Below, piece after piece: positions 50,985 through 60,202 of a DNA stretch of 64,000 bases. The number at the start of each line of letters is the position of its first letter. The first letter of the stretch is position 1. The stretch is from Parcubacteria group bacterium Gr01-1014_8 (GTDB taxonomy: Bacteria > Patescibacteriota > Minisyncoccia > Phycocordibacterales > UBA2100). The stretch covers positions 192,001 through 256,000 of the forward strand of contig VMGC01000001.1 of assembly GCA_007376385.1 (NCBI GenBank), written 5' to 3'. The notes under the pieces were generated by a model. The model ran no database searches, was not told the DNA's origin, and worked only from the letters and a program-made list of their open reading frames with translations. The translations under genes and the position numbers were made by a program.

Positions 50985-51070
50985 GTGTGTATGAAGAATA
51001 GCTGGTAGCTTGTAGCCAGCAGCTTGCAGCAAATACAAAACGCCCGAAAGGGTGGTTTTGTGTTGCAGCG
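50985..51070. repeat. hairpin-ended intergenic repeat, copy 2 (degenerate)
   Basis: aaaagagtgtgtat ... gtagcttgtag ... caaaacgcccgaaagggtggttttg; same modules as copy 1. Confidence 0.55.
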
Positions 51071-51113
51071 TTCACATGAGAGAAGTTGAAACCACTCCCG
51101 CTCTTGATACATC

Positions 51114-52778
51114 GTGATATGCTTTTTGTATATGACTGACGGGTTGAAAGAATGGAAGAAGCCGGAAGTAACAGACATTTCTTCTGAAGAGCCAGTAAAG
51201 GAGAAAGCGGAGCTGACAGAAGAATTAAAAGATCATATCAGGCAAGACTTGGAATTGGATACGTACGACACACCAGAGAAAGCGAAAAAACGCCGTACGC
51301 AATTGGCAATATTTTATGGTACGAACGTGCAGCAGATTGGGGCAGTTTCTGCGTATAAAAAGCGCGATGGTAAATTAAGCTTAGAGGCAAAATTTGAAAA
51401 ACTACCTCCCGCTCCACCGAAAATCGAAACAGAGTATGACAATTTTACAAAGCGTGCATGGCGGCAGAAAATCTTCAATGCTATAAAGAACGATTTTACT
51501 CAAGAGCAGCTGCAACGTGCTCGAGTCCTATGTTTTCCCGGACAAGCTTTACAAGAGGTGACCGAAGTTTATTTGCCACTAGGTATTCGACCAGAAAATA
51601 TTGTGTGTATTGAGAAGGATCCAGATGTTGTGAAAACCATGAGAAAAAACCTCAAGGCACTCATCCAAACGAAGGTGCTGAGCCAATCTGTCTCCATTTT
51701 CGAAGGAAGTGTCGAGGAATTTTTACAGAGCTCACATGAGCCCGTAACCATCGCTTCATTCGATCTTTTGGGGCCTATGTACGAGGGATTTTTGATGAGT
51801 ATTCCCAATCTCCGTGTCGCGGATAAATTCATGGTTATTACGAATTGTTTGCAGCGCAGGGAACAGAAAAATCAGCAAGATGCATTGAAGTCAATGACGT
51901 CAGCAACGCGTGCGGTAGGGAGCGCACTCGATGCGCTCCAGAATTATAAGCACATTCTCCCGGGTGTTGGCAGCACATCTTTCGACGTGAGTCACCTCAT
52001 GGCTCAAATTGCAAGGGCAAATCAACAACCGATAGACCTTTCAGAAGCGCGAGATGAAGGTGCGGCTATCACGATGATAGCTTTTCTCTTAGGAGGTCAA
52101 GCCAAACAGTCACTCGATGATCTCTACTCTGAAGCTAGCATCGTTCCACCGCGGTTCAAGTCAGATGACGACCGACAAGCTTTTGAAGATCACACGCTCG
52201 GAACACTGATACGTGGGATTGAACAATTAGTTATAAACTATTCTAGAGTGTATTCGCGATTGTCGCTGAAATCCGACGTAAACATATTGGAAAACACCCT
52301 TAGTAGAAGCGATACCGGAAAACATGGATTTTTATTGCACTTTCTCACCGTGGCGACGCATTGCATGAGCGATCTTACGATTTGCGATTTACAACGGTAT
52401 GAATATTCAAGCGAGAAATCCGGGTCTCCATATCAGACGGATGTGATCACGTTGTTTGATTGGAAGCGGAATTTCCGCGAGAAGCATCGGGAAGCATATC
52501 ATTTCATCCGAGATTGTTTTCGAGTGATCGGTCAACACTCGGTAGATCAGATTTCCTTCCAGTTTAAAAAAGGCATCACGGTTTTACCGAAAAACTATGC
52601 TGGCAGCAACGCAAAGATAGATTTAACGGTGAACGTAAACGGCAAGCAGTTTCTCAGTATATCGTTCAGCAAACTCCTTGAGCTAGTGGCTTACTTTAGG
52701 AAAACGGAGAAAATCGTTACAAAAGGAAAAATACCACAGGACTTTTTGGAACGGCCGCGAATCAAGATAGAAACATAG
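51114..52778 (+). CDS. hypothetical protein (possible Rossmann-fold SAM-methyltransferase-like core)
   Basis: 554 aa. Pattern ARVLCFPGQA (motif I-like) ... IVCIEKD (acidic end of beta2) ... IASFDLLGPM (motif IV-like) is suggestive only. Confidence 0.3.
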   Translation: MICFLYMTDGLKEWKKPEVTDISSEEPVKEKAELTEELKDHIRQDLELDTYDTPEKAKKRRTQLAIFYGTNVQQIGAVSAYKKRDGKLSLEAKFEKLPPAPPKIETEYDNFTKRAWRQKIFNAIKNDFTQEQLQRARVLCFPGQALQEVTEVYLPLGIRPENIVCIEKDPDVVKTMRKNLKALIQTKVLSQSVSIFEGSVEEFLQSSHEPVTIASFDLLGPMYEGFLMSIPNLRVADKFMVITNCLQRREQKNQQDALKSMTSATRAVGSALDALQNYKHILPGVGSTSFDVSHLMAQIARANQQPIDLSEARDEGAAITMIAFLLGGQAKQSLDDLYSEASIVPPRFKSDDDRQAFEDHTLGTLIRGIEQLVINYSRVYSRLSLKSDVNILENTLSRSDTGKHGFLLHFLTVATHCMSDLTICDLQRYEYSSEKSGSPYQTDVITLFDWKRNFREKHREAYHFIRDCFRVIGQHSVDQISFQFKKGITVLPKNYAGSNAKIDLTVNVNGKQFLSISFSKLLELVAYFRKTEKIVTKGKIPQDFLERPRIKIET

Positions 52779-52805
52779 TAAAGATATGTGTGACCTTAGG
52801 AAAGG

Positions 52806-52938
52806 CGGGGGAATGGACGGAACAAAAGAGTGTCCCGACGCGCGAGAGCGGTCGGGATCCCGACCGAAGCGTCGGGATGTATTGAAGAAAATGCTACAAC
52901 CAAAAACGCCGACTCAACATGAGCACGGCGTTTTTTTG
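52806..52938. repeat. hairpin-ended intergenic repeat, copy 3
   Basis: aatggacggaacaaaagagtgt, then two tandem hairpins with identical stems (tcccgac...gtcggga twice), then caaaaacgccgactcaacatgagcacggcgttttttt. Confidence 0.75.
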
Positions 52939-53657
52939 ATTTGGATTTGATATTCCTCCCGGCGGCAATGCAGGCACTGCCGCCAGGAAGACTTTCCCTC
53001 ACTGGGTTGGTCGTTTCTCAAAAGCCGTTGGCTTGGCTACGGTTTTTCGTGCCCACTGGCGTGACCGCCGGTTGGCTCCGTTGCTGGGCTTGCGCCCGCG
53101 CCTCTTCTTTCGAGTACTTGTCCTGTGCCCCATTCGGCACTCCCTATGTTCGAGTAAGCATTTGCAAAGAGCGGATTCCCTCTGCCACGTCGAACGTAGC
53201 ACGTATGTAGGTGCTTTGTCACGCTTTACTAAAGTAGAGTGGTGTATACGAACATAAAAAACACCGAGACAATTCTTAGGCACAGCAGCGCTTGAATGAA
53301 CGTGTCCCAACTAAGCACCGCCGACCCGGGAGGGTCGGCGGTGCTGGTTGTTGCCAGAGAGTGGGTATCCAGCGCGAGGGCTACTTACGTCCGTGCTTCT
53401 GTTTCTTCTTCCTCTTGCCGGCATTCTTCCCGCAACGAGGATTCCAATTGGAAGCCTGACGTGCTTTCGCCTCCGAATGGTTGTGACCGCGATGGCCCAT
53501 TTTCGTACCTCTCAACGTGGCATCATTGCCGCGGCTAAAGTAGCACATGAGCCATGGTTTTGCTACCATCGCGGGTACAAGCGCGTTTAGCTCCGGCGGA
53601 TGATACAGACACATCGGTCGCAGCGAGGCGCGGTTTGGAGTAGATTGGTTTGATAAC

Positions 53658-53729
53658 GCGCGTTTAGCTCAGTGGTAGAGCATCCCTCTGATAAGGGGAA
53701 GGCCGTAGGTTCAATCCCTACAACGCGCA
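53658..53729 (+). tRNA. tRNA-Ile (anticodon GAT)
   Basis: Cloverleaf folded by hand: acceptor GCGCGTT/AACGCGC, D arm GCTC-AGTGGTA-GAGC, anticodon stem TCCCT/GGGGA with loop CTGATAA, T arm GTAGG-TTCAATC-CCTAC. No encoded CCA. Confidence 0.8.
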
Positions 53730-53933
53730 CAAAAGACAGAAACACCTGCCGCAACGGCCAGGTTTTCTGCTTTTGTGGGAGCCGGAGCGATGTTGCGCGA
53801 GTACGCGCAACCGCGAGGCCGGGTCGGGAAAATTTGTTTGGGACGACAAACAAATTATTCCTGACCACAAGTCCATGTGTGACCACACTTCGACTCAAGA
53901 CGCACTCAGTGTACACTGAGTGCGACAATATCT

Positions 53934-55235
53934 ATGAACTATCACGTCATCGGCGGGAAAAAACTCTCTGGTTCTGTGCGGACCAATACTTCAAAGAACG
54001 CTGCAGTCGTACTGCTTGCGGCATCACTTTTGAATCGCGGAACTACAACGCTGAAGAGGATGCCGAAGATAGAGGAAGTGAACCGACTTATCGAGGTCAT
54101 GAAAAGTATCGGCGTGAAAATAGAGTGGACCGACAAGGAAATGACCATAATGCCTCCGAAAGAATTCGACCTGAAGAATGTAGACAAAGTCGCTGCGCAA
54201 AAAACCCGAAGCATAGCGCTTTTTATCGCCCCCCTTGCTCACGTGATGGATTCTTTTGACCTCCCCGCGCCAGCCGGATGCGATTTGGGCAAAAGAAGTC
54301 TCGGTGCGCACATTGACGCACTGGAGCGTCTCGGTATTTACATCAGCGGGGATGAAAAAAAGAATTCATATCACACTGAAGTTAAAGATAAGCAGCTGGC
54401 AGAAATAATCATGTATGAGGCGAGCGACACAGGCACAGAAAATGTGTTGATGGCTGCTGCTAAAATTCCCGGCAAGACGGTCATTAAATTCGCGAGTGCA
54501 AATTACATGGTTCAGGATCTATGTTTCTTTCTGGAAAAATGCGGTGTCAAAATTGAGGGCATCGGTACTTCAACGTTGGTTGTTCACGGAGTGAAAGACA
54601 TTGGTCTCGATGTTGTTGATGCGCCAAGCGAGGACCCGATTGAATCAATGTTTTTCATCTCCCTCGCCGCAACAACCGATTCGGAACTGACTATTGAAAG
54701 ATGCTCCATTGATTTTCTTGAGCTGGAGCTGCTTACTCTCGAACATATGGGCTTGAAATACAAAGTGGGAAAAAAATATCTGGCCGAAAATGGGCGCACG
54801 ACCTTATGCGATATCAAGATAAATAAATCAGAATTGCATGCACCGCCGGAGAAAATAGCTCCGCGTCCATATCCCGGCATCAACATCGATAACCTTCCGT
54901 ATTTCGTTTCTATTGCGACGCAAGCAAAAGGGGAGACGCTTATCCATGACTGGGTCTACGAGATACGCTCGTCCTACTATCTGGAAATGGCAAAGCTCGG
55001 CGCAGATGTAAAAAAACTAGACCAGCATCGCGTGTTAGTCAAAGGTCCCACGCCGTTACATGGCACAAATATCAAAGCGCCGCCTGCGTTTCGTCCTGCA
55101 TCTATCCTCCTCATCGGCATGCTCGCGGCCGAAGGCGAATCAACACTTTATGATGTGTATCCGATAAACCGCGGATATGAGAATTTGCACGAGCGATTGA
55201 AGTCGCTCGGTGCAAACATTGAAGCGATTGATTAA
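53934..55235 (+). CDS. murA: UDP-N-acetylglucosamine 1-carboxyvinyltransferase
   Basis: 433 aa; EPSP-synthase fold with MurA-type N-terminus (IGGKKLSGSVRTNTSKNAAVVLLAASLL). Confidence 0.85.
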   Translation: MNYHVIGGKKLSGSVRTNTSKNAAVVLLAASLLNRGTTTLKRMPKIEEVNRLIEVMKSIGVKIEWTDKEMTIMPPKEFDLKNVDKVAAQKTRSIALFIAPLAHVMDSFDLPAPAGCDLGKRSLGAHIDALERLGIYISGDEKKNSYHTEVKDKQLAEIIMYEASDTGTENVLMAAAKIPGKTVIKFASANYMVQDLCFFLEKCGVKIEGIGTSTLVVHGVKDIGLDVVDAPSEDPIESMFFISLAATTDSELTIERCSIDFLELELLTLEHMGLKYKVGKKYLAENGRTTLCDIKINKSELHAPPEKIAPRPYPGINIDNLPYFVSIATQAKGETLIHDWVYEIRSSYYLEMAKLGADVKKLDQHRVLVKGPTPLHGTNIKAPPAFRPASILLIGMLAAEGESTLYDVYPINRGYENLHERLKSLGANIEAID

Positions 55236-55240
55236 GGTGT

Positions 55241-55735
55241 ATGGACAGAGACTTGAAGTTGCGGCAAGAGCCGAATTTTAGTATTCGTTTGCTTGGGAAA
55301 GAGGACGGCGCTCAACTTCTTGCGCTATATACAGCAAACCTCTCTCGGCTCCAAGAACTTGGTCTGCACGAAGCGCGCATTCCTGTCGAAGAGCAAATTG
55401 ACGACGTTCTCACGCCAAAAGAAGGCAGCGATCTGTTTGGAATTTTTGATCAACAGGAGTTGATTGGAGCCGTTTACATAACACGAGATTTTAGCGCGCC
55501 GCGAAGTGCCCAAATTGGTCGTTTAATAGATTCTCATTATCAGAATAAGGGAATCGGCGGTAGGGCGCTCACCAGGATTATGAACGAACTTTCAAATCGT
55601 TATGACCGTTTTTGGGCGATGACAAGGGAGGATAACGTTCTTGCAAGAAAATCACTTGAACGAGCGGGTTTTGCGGCGATGTCAGAACCGTCAGACGATA
55701 GCCCGAATGTACTGTATGTTTGGGGTCGGCAATAA
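55241..55735 (+). CDS. GNAT-family N-acetyltransferase
   Basis: 164 aa; QNKGIGGRALTRIMNEL (acetyl-CoA-binding motif A). Confidence 0.7.
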   Translation: MDRDLKLRQEPNFSIRLLGKEDGAQLLALYTANLSRLQELGLHEARIPVEEQIDDVLTPKEGSDLFGIFDQQELIGAVYITRDFSAPRSAQIGRLIDSHYQNKGIGGRALTRIMNELSNRYDRFWAMTREDNVLARKSLERAGFAAMSEPSDDSPNVLYVWGRQ

Positions 55736-55752
55736 AGGGGCGTCATTTAGGT

Positions 55753-57015
55753 TTACGTGACTCTTACAGCCTTAGCTGATTTCATCGCTTTTTCTCGCGC
55801 TTTTCTTACATCCTTTCCAATTGCAAGAGCAACTCCCATACGGCGGTGGTCAGGGGAAGACGGTTTTCCGAAAATGCGTACCCACGTGCCTGGGGTTTTG
55901 AGCGCTTTTTCGACGCCAATATATACGGGATTATCCGTTTTCATGTTCGCGAGAATTGCGACACTTGCGCCTGGACAGCACGGAATTTCAGCCTGCCTGC
56001 CGCGCCCGCGGCGCAGGCAGGGAATCGGCAGACCAAGAATTGCACGCACATGCAATTCCATCTCGCTCATATTCTGCGAGACCATCGTGACCATGCCGGT
56101 GTCATGCGGGCGAGGGGACACTTCCGAGAACCAAACCATATCGCCCTTGACGAATAGCTCTACGCCAAAAATGCCGCGGCCTGCTTTTCTGCCTGCCTGC
56201 CGCGACGCACGCGGCGCAGGCAGGCAAAGTTCGTTCACGACTTTTTTTGCAATGTGCTGCGCCCGGGCAAGCGCTTTTTTCGACATCGGATGCGGTTGCC
56301 AGCTTTCGCGATAATCACCATCGATCTGAATATGCCCGACAGGCGCACAGAAACTTATCCCGCCCGCATGGCGAACGGTAAGCAACGTAATCTCATAATC
56401 AAAATTTATCTTTCCCTCGACAATAACTTTTCCAGTTTTTCCGCGTCCTGCCTCCATCGCATGCTCCCACGCCTTCTTTAATCCCGATGGATTTTTGACT
56501 TGAGACTGTCCATGACCGGACGATGACATAGTCGGCTTGATAAAGCAGGGGAATCCAACAGCCTCGGCTCCCGCTTCAAGCTCTTCCAAACTTCCCGCAA
56601 ACCGATACGGCGACGTCGGCAACTTCAACGTCTCGGCTGCAAGTTGCCGAATGCCTTGTCTGTCCATCGTAAGACGCGTCGCGCGCGCCGTCGGGATTAC
56701 GGTCCAACCTTCTTTTTCCAGTTCGACGAGCGTATCCGTCGCGATTGCTTCGATCTCGGGGACGATAAAATCCGGCTTCTCTTGTTCGACTATTTTTCGG
56801 ATCATCGTCCCGTCTCGCATGTTAAACACGTGCGACCGATGCGCCACCTGCATCGCCGGCGCGTTCTCGTATCTATCGCACGCAATCACCTCCACCCCCA
56901 ACCGCATCGTCTCGATAACGACCTCCTTTCCAAGTTCACCGCTGCCGAGCAGGAGTATTCTGGTAGCTGATGGTTTCAGGGGTGTTCCGAATCTCGTCAT
57001 GACCCAGAATAACAT
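55753..57015 (-). CDS. purT: formate-dependent phosphoribosylglycinamide formyltransferase (GAR transformylase 2, ATP-grasp) with two in-frame palindromic insertions
   Basis: 420 aa; [13 protein letters not shown]...PEIEAIATD...[15 protein letters not shown]. Two extra ~13 aa segments ([16 protein letters not shown]; [12 protein letters not shown]) encoded by GC-rich palindromes. Confidence 0.8.
   Translation of the reverse strand: MLFWVMTRFGTPLKPSATRILLLGSGELGKEVVIETMRLGVEVIACDRYENAPAMQVAHRSHVFNMRDGTMIRKIVEQEKPDFIVPEIEAIATDTLVELEKEGWTVIPTARATRLTMDRQGIRQLAAETLKLPTSPYRFAGSLEELEAGAEAVGFPCFIKPTMSSSGHGQSQVKNPSGLKKAWEHAMEAGRGKTGKVIVEGKINFDYEITLLTVRHAGGISFCAPVGHIQIDGDYRESWQPHPMSKKALARAQHIAKKVVNELCLPAPRASRQAGRKAGRGIFGVELFVKGDMVWFSEVSPRPHDTGMVTMVSQNMSEMELHVRAILGLPIPCLRRGRGRQAEIPCCPGASVAILANMKTDNPVYIGVEKALKTPGTWVRIFGKPSSPDHRRMGVALAIGKDVRKAREKAMKSAKAVRVT
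55989..56022. repeat. GC-rich palindromic element copy A inside purT
   Basis: cagcctgcctgccgcgcccgcggcgcaggcaggg (imperfect inverted repeat). Confidence 0.7.
56190..56226. repeat. GC-rich palindromic element copy B inside purT
   Basis: ctgcctgcctgccgcgacgcacgcggcgcaggcaggc. Confidence 0.7.
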
Positions 57016-57033
57016 GGGCTGTATACTTTAGTC

Positions 57034-58080
57034 ATGGCAGAACGACTGACCTTGCGAGAAGAATTAGCGCAGCGTCACCCTGTACTTTTAAAGGACTGGT
57101 TACGTAACGAAGGGGTACCAATTGGGGATGATTTTTCATGCGAAATGGAGTTTAATCTTGGACGTCACTCGCTACGCAAGGATGCGCGTCGGTTTAGAGA
57201 GTACTCAAAAGAAGCTGATATTATTTTTTCTGAACGTTTGGACTGGACTCCACTACAAACCGATGTGTATCAGCAGGTAAGTGCGGGAACATTGGATGCT
57301 GTCGGCGCAGGTAAGACAATTACCAGCGACTATTCTAAATTTCAGCAGGGAGAACTAGAACAAATATTTGAAACCGGAGCGTCGATCTACCACCTCGATT
57401 TGCCTCTGGGTGAAGAGTCTGTGGCGTTACAAAAAGATATAATTGATAAAATAATGGAGCACATATTGCTCCACGAACCACCTTTGAGCCTCGAGGAAGC
57501 GCAAAAGACTTTTCTCAACAACCTAGATAAAGATGCGACTTTACACACCGCACGTGAAGAACATGCTGCAGCTGAATTTAGGTCACTTGTTAAAAAAGCG
57601 TTAACAGAACGACCGGAACTGCTAAACCGAAAGCCACTTAGGATTCTTGTGATTTACGGGTTGGCGCATACATCTTTAAAACATCGAATAACCACTACGT
57701 ATCCTGATGTATTGGCGAGACCGTCCACAGAATATAGTACATCGTACCGAGAAGAATATCTTCAGAACAGATTATGGGGCATTGAACCAACAGAGGAGTT
57801 GGAAAAGAAAGTCTTTTTCGAGGCATGGGCAGCTTCGTCTGTACCGAAGCGTTTGTTGTCGGTCTCCCAGGACGCGGCGCGTATTTGGGGGCGTAATGTC
57901 GTAGACGCGTTATCTATACAAGAATGGCAACGCATGTACGGGAGTTGGATGGAAGGAAGTGATAGAGGGGGCGTCACAAAATTCATAAAACATAAGTTAA
58001 AGGAAGCGGGTGTACCTGACTCACACACAGGGGCGATGAAGCTGAAGAAGTGGTATAAACAACAGACTGACAAAAAATGA
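57034..58080 (+). CDS. hypothetical protein
   Basis: 348 aa, coding-like, no motif. Lies between purT and purN. Confidence 0.45.
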   Translation: MAERLTLREELAQRHPVLLKDWLRNEGVPIGDDFSCEMEFNLGRHSLRKDARRFREYSKEADIIFSERLDWTPLQTDVYQQVSAGTLDAVGAGKTITSDYSKFQQGELEQIFETGASIYHLDLPLGEESVALQKDIIDKIMEHILLHEPPLSLEEAQKTFLNNLDKDATLHTAREEHAAAEFRSLVKKALTERPELLNRKPLRILVIYGLAHTSLKHRITTTYPDVLARPSTEYSTSYREEYLQNRLWGIEPTEELEKKVFFEAWAASSVPKRLLSVSQDAARIWGRNVVDALSIQEWQRMYGSWMEGSDRGGVTKFIKHKLKEAGVPDSHTGAMKLKKWYKQQTDKK

Positions 58081-58754
58081 GTAAACCGAAATTATTGATA
58101 TTCGCTTCCGGTACCAAAATCGGAGGAGGTTCGGGCTTCGAGAATTTGGTACAAGCAAGCAGGAGTGGCGCGCTTGGCACGGAAATCGTGGGTGTAGTTT
58201 CGAATCATGAGAACGGAGGGGTACGTGAGCGTGCGGACAGACTCGGAGTGCCATTCATATATTTTGGCGGACCATGGGAAGCAGAGCACTATCAGCGTGT
58301 GGTAAAAGATAGCGGTGCCGAGTGGGTCATGCTCTCTGGCTGGCTGAAATTTGTGAAAGGACTCGATCCGATGCGTACATTCAACATCCATCCCGCGCTC
58401 CTCTCATTCGATCATGGTCGTTTCGGGGGCCCCGGTATGTATGGCCACCATATTCACGAAGCAGTCGCTGAAGCGTTGGAAAAAGGGGAGATAACCAACT
58501 CAGGATGTTCAATGCATTTTACGACCGAAGAATATGACCGCGGACCGATATTTTTCGAATATCGCGTACCGCTCGAAAAAGGAATGACCGCCGAGACAAT
58601 AGCAAAAGTCGTGCAAGCGGCGGAACACGAATGGCAACCCAAGATCACAAACATGGTTGTGCACGAATTAATCCGTTGGGATGGGAAAGATGCAAATACA
58701 CTTGTTGTGCCGAAAGGCTACTCATTTCTTCCGAATCATGACGCCGTCGCATAG
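58077..58754 (+). CDS. purN: phosphoribosylglycinamide formyltransferase (formyl transferase family)
   Basis: 225 aa; NIHPALL motif and GTKIGGGSGF N-terminus. Confidence 0.7.
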   Translation: MSKPKLLIFASGTKIGGGSGFENLVQASRSGALGTEIVGVVSNHENGGVRERADRLGVPFIYFGGPWEAEHYQRVVKDSGAEWVMLSGWLKFVKGLDPMRTFNIHPALLSFDHGRFGGPGMYGHHIHEAVAEALEKGEITNSGCSMHFTTEEYDRGPIFFEYRVPLEKGMTAETIAKVVQAAEHEWQPKITNMVVHELIRWDGKDANTLVVPKGYSFLPNHDAVA

Positions 58755-59808
58755 ACTTGGTGCTGCTGTTGTCGCGCTGCTTGTATTCTCTGCGGGTGTT
58801 GCGCACATCTCCCAATTTCACAATAGCGTCGAAGGGTATGTATTTTCGGTAAAAGGTGAGAGTGATGTGATGGACATGATGCGGCGCGATTTGCCGGGCA
58901 TAGTTGATGAAAAAGGTGCGGCATTTGTTGTAAATGTTGTAGATTCTCTTATTAAAAAGAAGATGATCACTATAGATGATTGCCATTTGCTTCTGCACCT
59001 CGTGGGGCATAAGGCATATCAAGAGCACGGTTCTGATTTTGAGAGCATGCTTGGCGTGAATAAAAAGCGAATTTGCCTTAATGCATTTGTGCATGGCATC
59101 GAGGCAGAAATTGCGTCAAAGGGAGATAAAGCGGAAATATGGCGATTTTGCGCGTTCACGGAAAATGAACATATACAGAACGGTCCCTGTTATCACGGAG
59201 TCGGACATAGCATTTTTGAGCGCACAAAAGATATACACGGATCACTCACATACTGTGATTCTCTTACTGGAGGTCCTGAACAAGATCTGTCCAATTGCTA
59301 TCGAGGTGTTTTTAGTGAATTGGGGGCCCAAGTTGACGGGTATGATACGAATACCGGCCTTTCAATTCAGCCGCTCGATCTGGTGAGCCAAGGTTTCTAT
59401 GTCGACAAGCCCTATGCGTATTGCTCGAGACTCTCTGCACGGTATCAGGATTCGTGCTATTCTCAGCTATCGAAACTTTTATTTTCTTCAGATAACCCTC
59501 TCGGCAGTGTACAGAAATGCAATGTAGCGTCTACGGAACATGCGCGCAGTGAGTGTGTTAGTACGGTGACAGGCATGAGTGTCAGAATATTGCTTGATTC
59601 CGGCGGTGCGGAGGAGGCCGCAAATTTTTTGAATTCAATTGGGGTACGATCGCAAAAGAACGCCCTTCTTGGCGTACAGGACGGCTATATGTCACATTGC
59701 GATACAAAGGAAGACCTCTTTTCGTGGCGTTCTTTCTGCACATTGCTTACGAACGTGGATACGCGGCAGCAGTGTGGGGTGTTATCGCCGTGCTCGGGAA
59801 TCCATTAA
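58738..59808 (+). CDS. hypothetical Cys-rich exported protein (signal anchor)
   Basis: ORF from 58681. Preferred start MTPSHRLGAAVVALLVFSAGVAHI. 14 Cys; no motif. Confidence 0.45.
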   Translation: MTPSHRLGAAVVALLVFSAGVAHISQFHNSVEGYVFSVKGESDVMDMMRRDLPGIVDEKGAAFVVNVVDSLIKKKMITIDDCHLLLHLVGHKAYQEHGSDFESMLGVNKKRICLNAFVHGIEAEIASKGDKAEIWRFCAFTENEHIQNGPCYHGVGHSIFERTKDIHGSLTYCDSLTGGPEQDLSNCYRGVFSELGAQVDGYDTNTGLSIQPLDLVSQGFYVDKPYAYCSRLSARYQDSCYSQLSKLLFSSDNPLGSVQKCNVASTEHARSECVSTVTGMSVRILLDSGGAEEAANFLNSIGVRSQKNALLGVQDGYMSHCDTKEDLFSWRSFCTLLTNVDTRQQCGVLSPCSGIH

Positions 59809-59821
59809 AAAGCGTCCGGTA

Positions 59822-60202
59822 CTATTTTTTCTCGAAGTGACTGGCAACCATTTGGACTATCTCGCTTGGGTCGTGGTCAGCCTTTTGTACGAAAAGTGTA
59901 ATGTTCGCCTCCATTGCATCTGCAAGATTTTCCGCATTTATCGAGTTGGTTAAAATGACAAAGAATGTTTCAGGTGCGGATGCGCGAGTTTCTTTTACAA
60001 GCTCGATACCCGAGCGCTCAGGGAGCATTAGATCGACTATAGCGACGGCAGGAGAATCTTTCTTGATAGCTGTGAGACCTGCTTCGTATGAGATCGCTCC
60101 TTCAACTTCAGCACCCGCATCAGCGAATAATTTTGAGAGTACGTCAATAACACGCGGGTCGTCATCAACTATAAGCACCTTTTTTCCTTTCATTCGAGAC
60201 AT
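59822..60202 (-). CDS. response regulator receiver-domain protein (CheY-like, stand-alone)
   Basis: KKVLIVDDDPRVIDV...VAIVDLMLPERSGIELV. Start ATG overlaps the kinase stop (TAATG). Confidence 0.8.
   Translation of the reverse strand: MSRMKGKKVLIVDDDPRVIDVLSKLFADAGAEVEGAISYEAGLTAIKKDSPAVAIVDLMLPERSGIELVKETRASAPETFFVILTNSINAENLADAMEANITLFVQKADHDPSEIVQMVASHFEKK

Noticed and set aside
50481-52938. Integron gene cassettes with attC sites
   Set aside because: The repeats lack the attC R''-L''/L'-R' core organisation (GTTRRRY ends), and no intI integrase is nearby. Described instead as a hairpin-ended repeat family.
53381-53614. 77-aa very basic minus-strand ORF (…GHRGHNHSEAKARQ…KRKKKQKHGRK) as a small ribosomal protein (bL28/bL32-like)
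   Set aside because: Only vague resemblance (RGNDATL vs RRSHDAL); no conserved Cys or zinc ribbon pattern. The region is GC-rich and more consistent with noncoding RNA or spacer.
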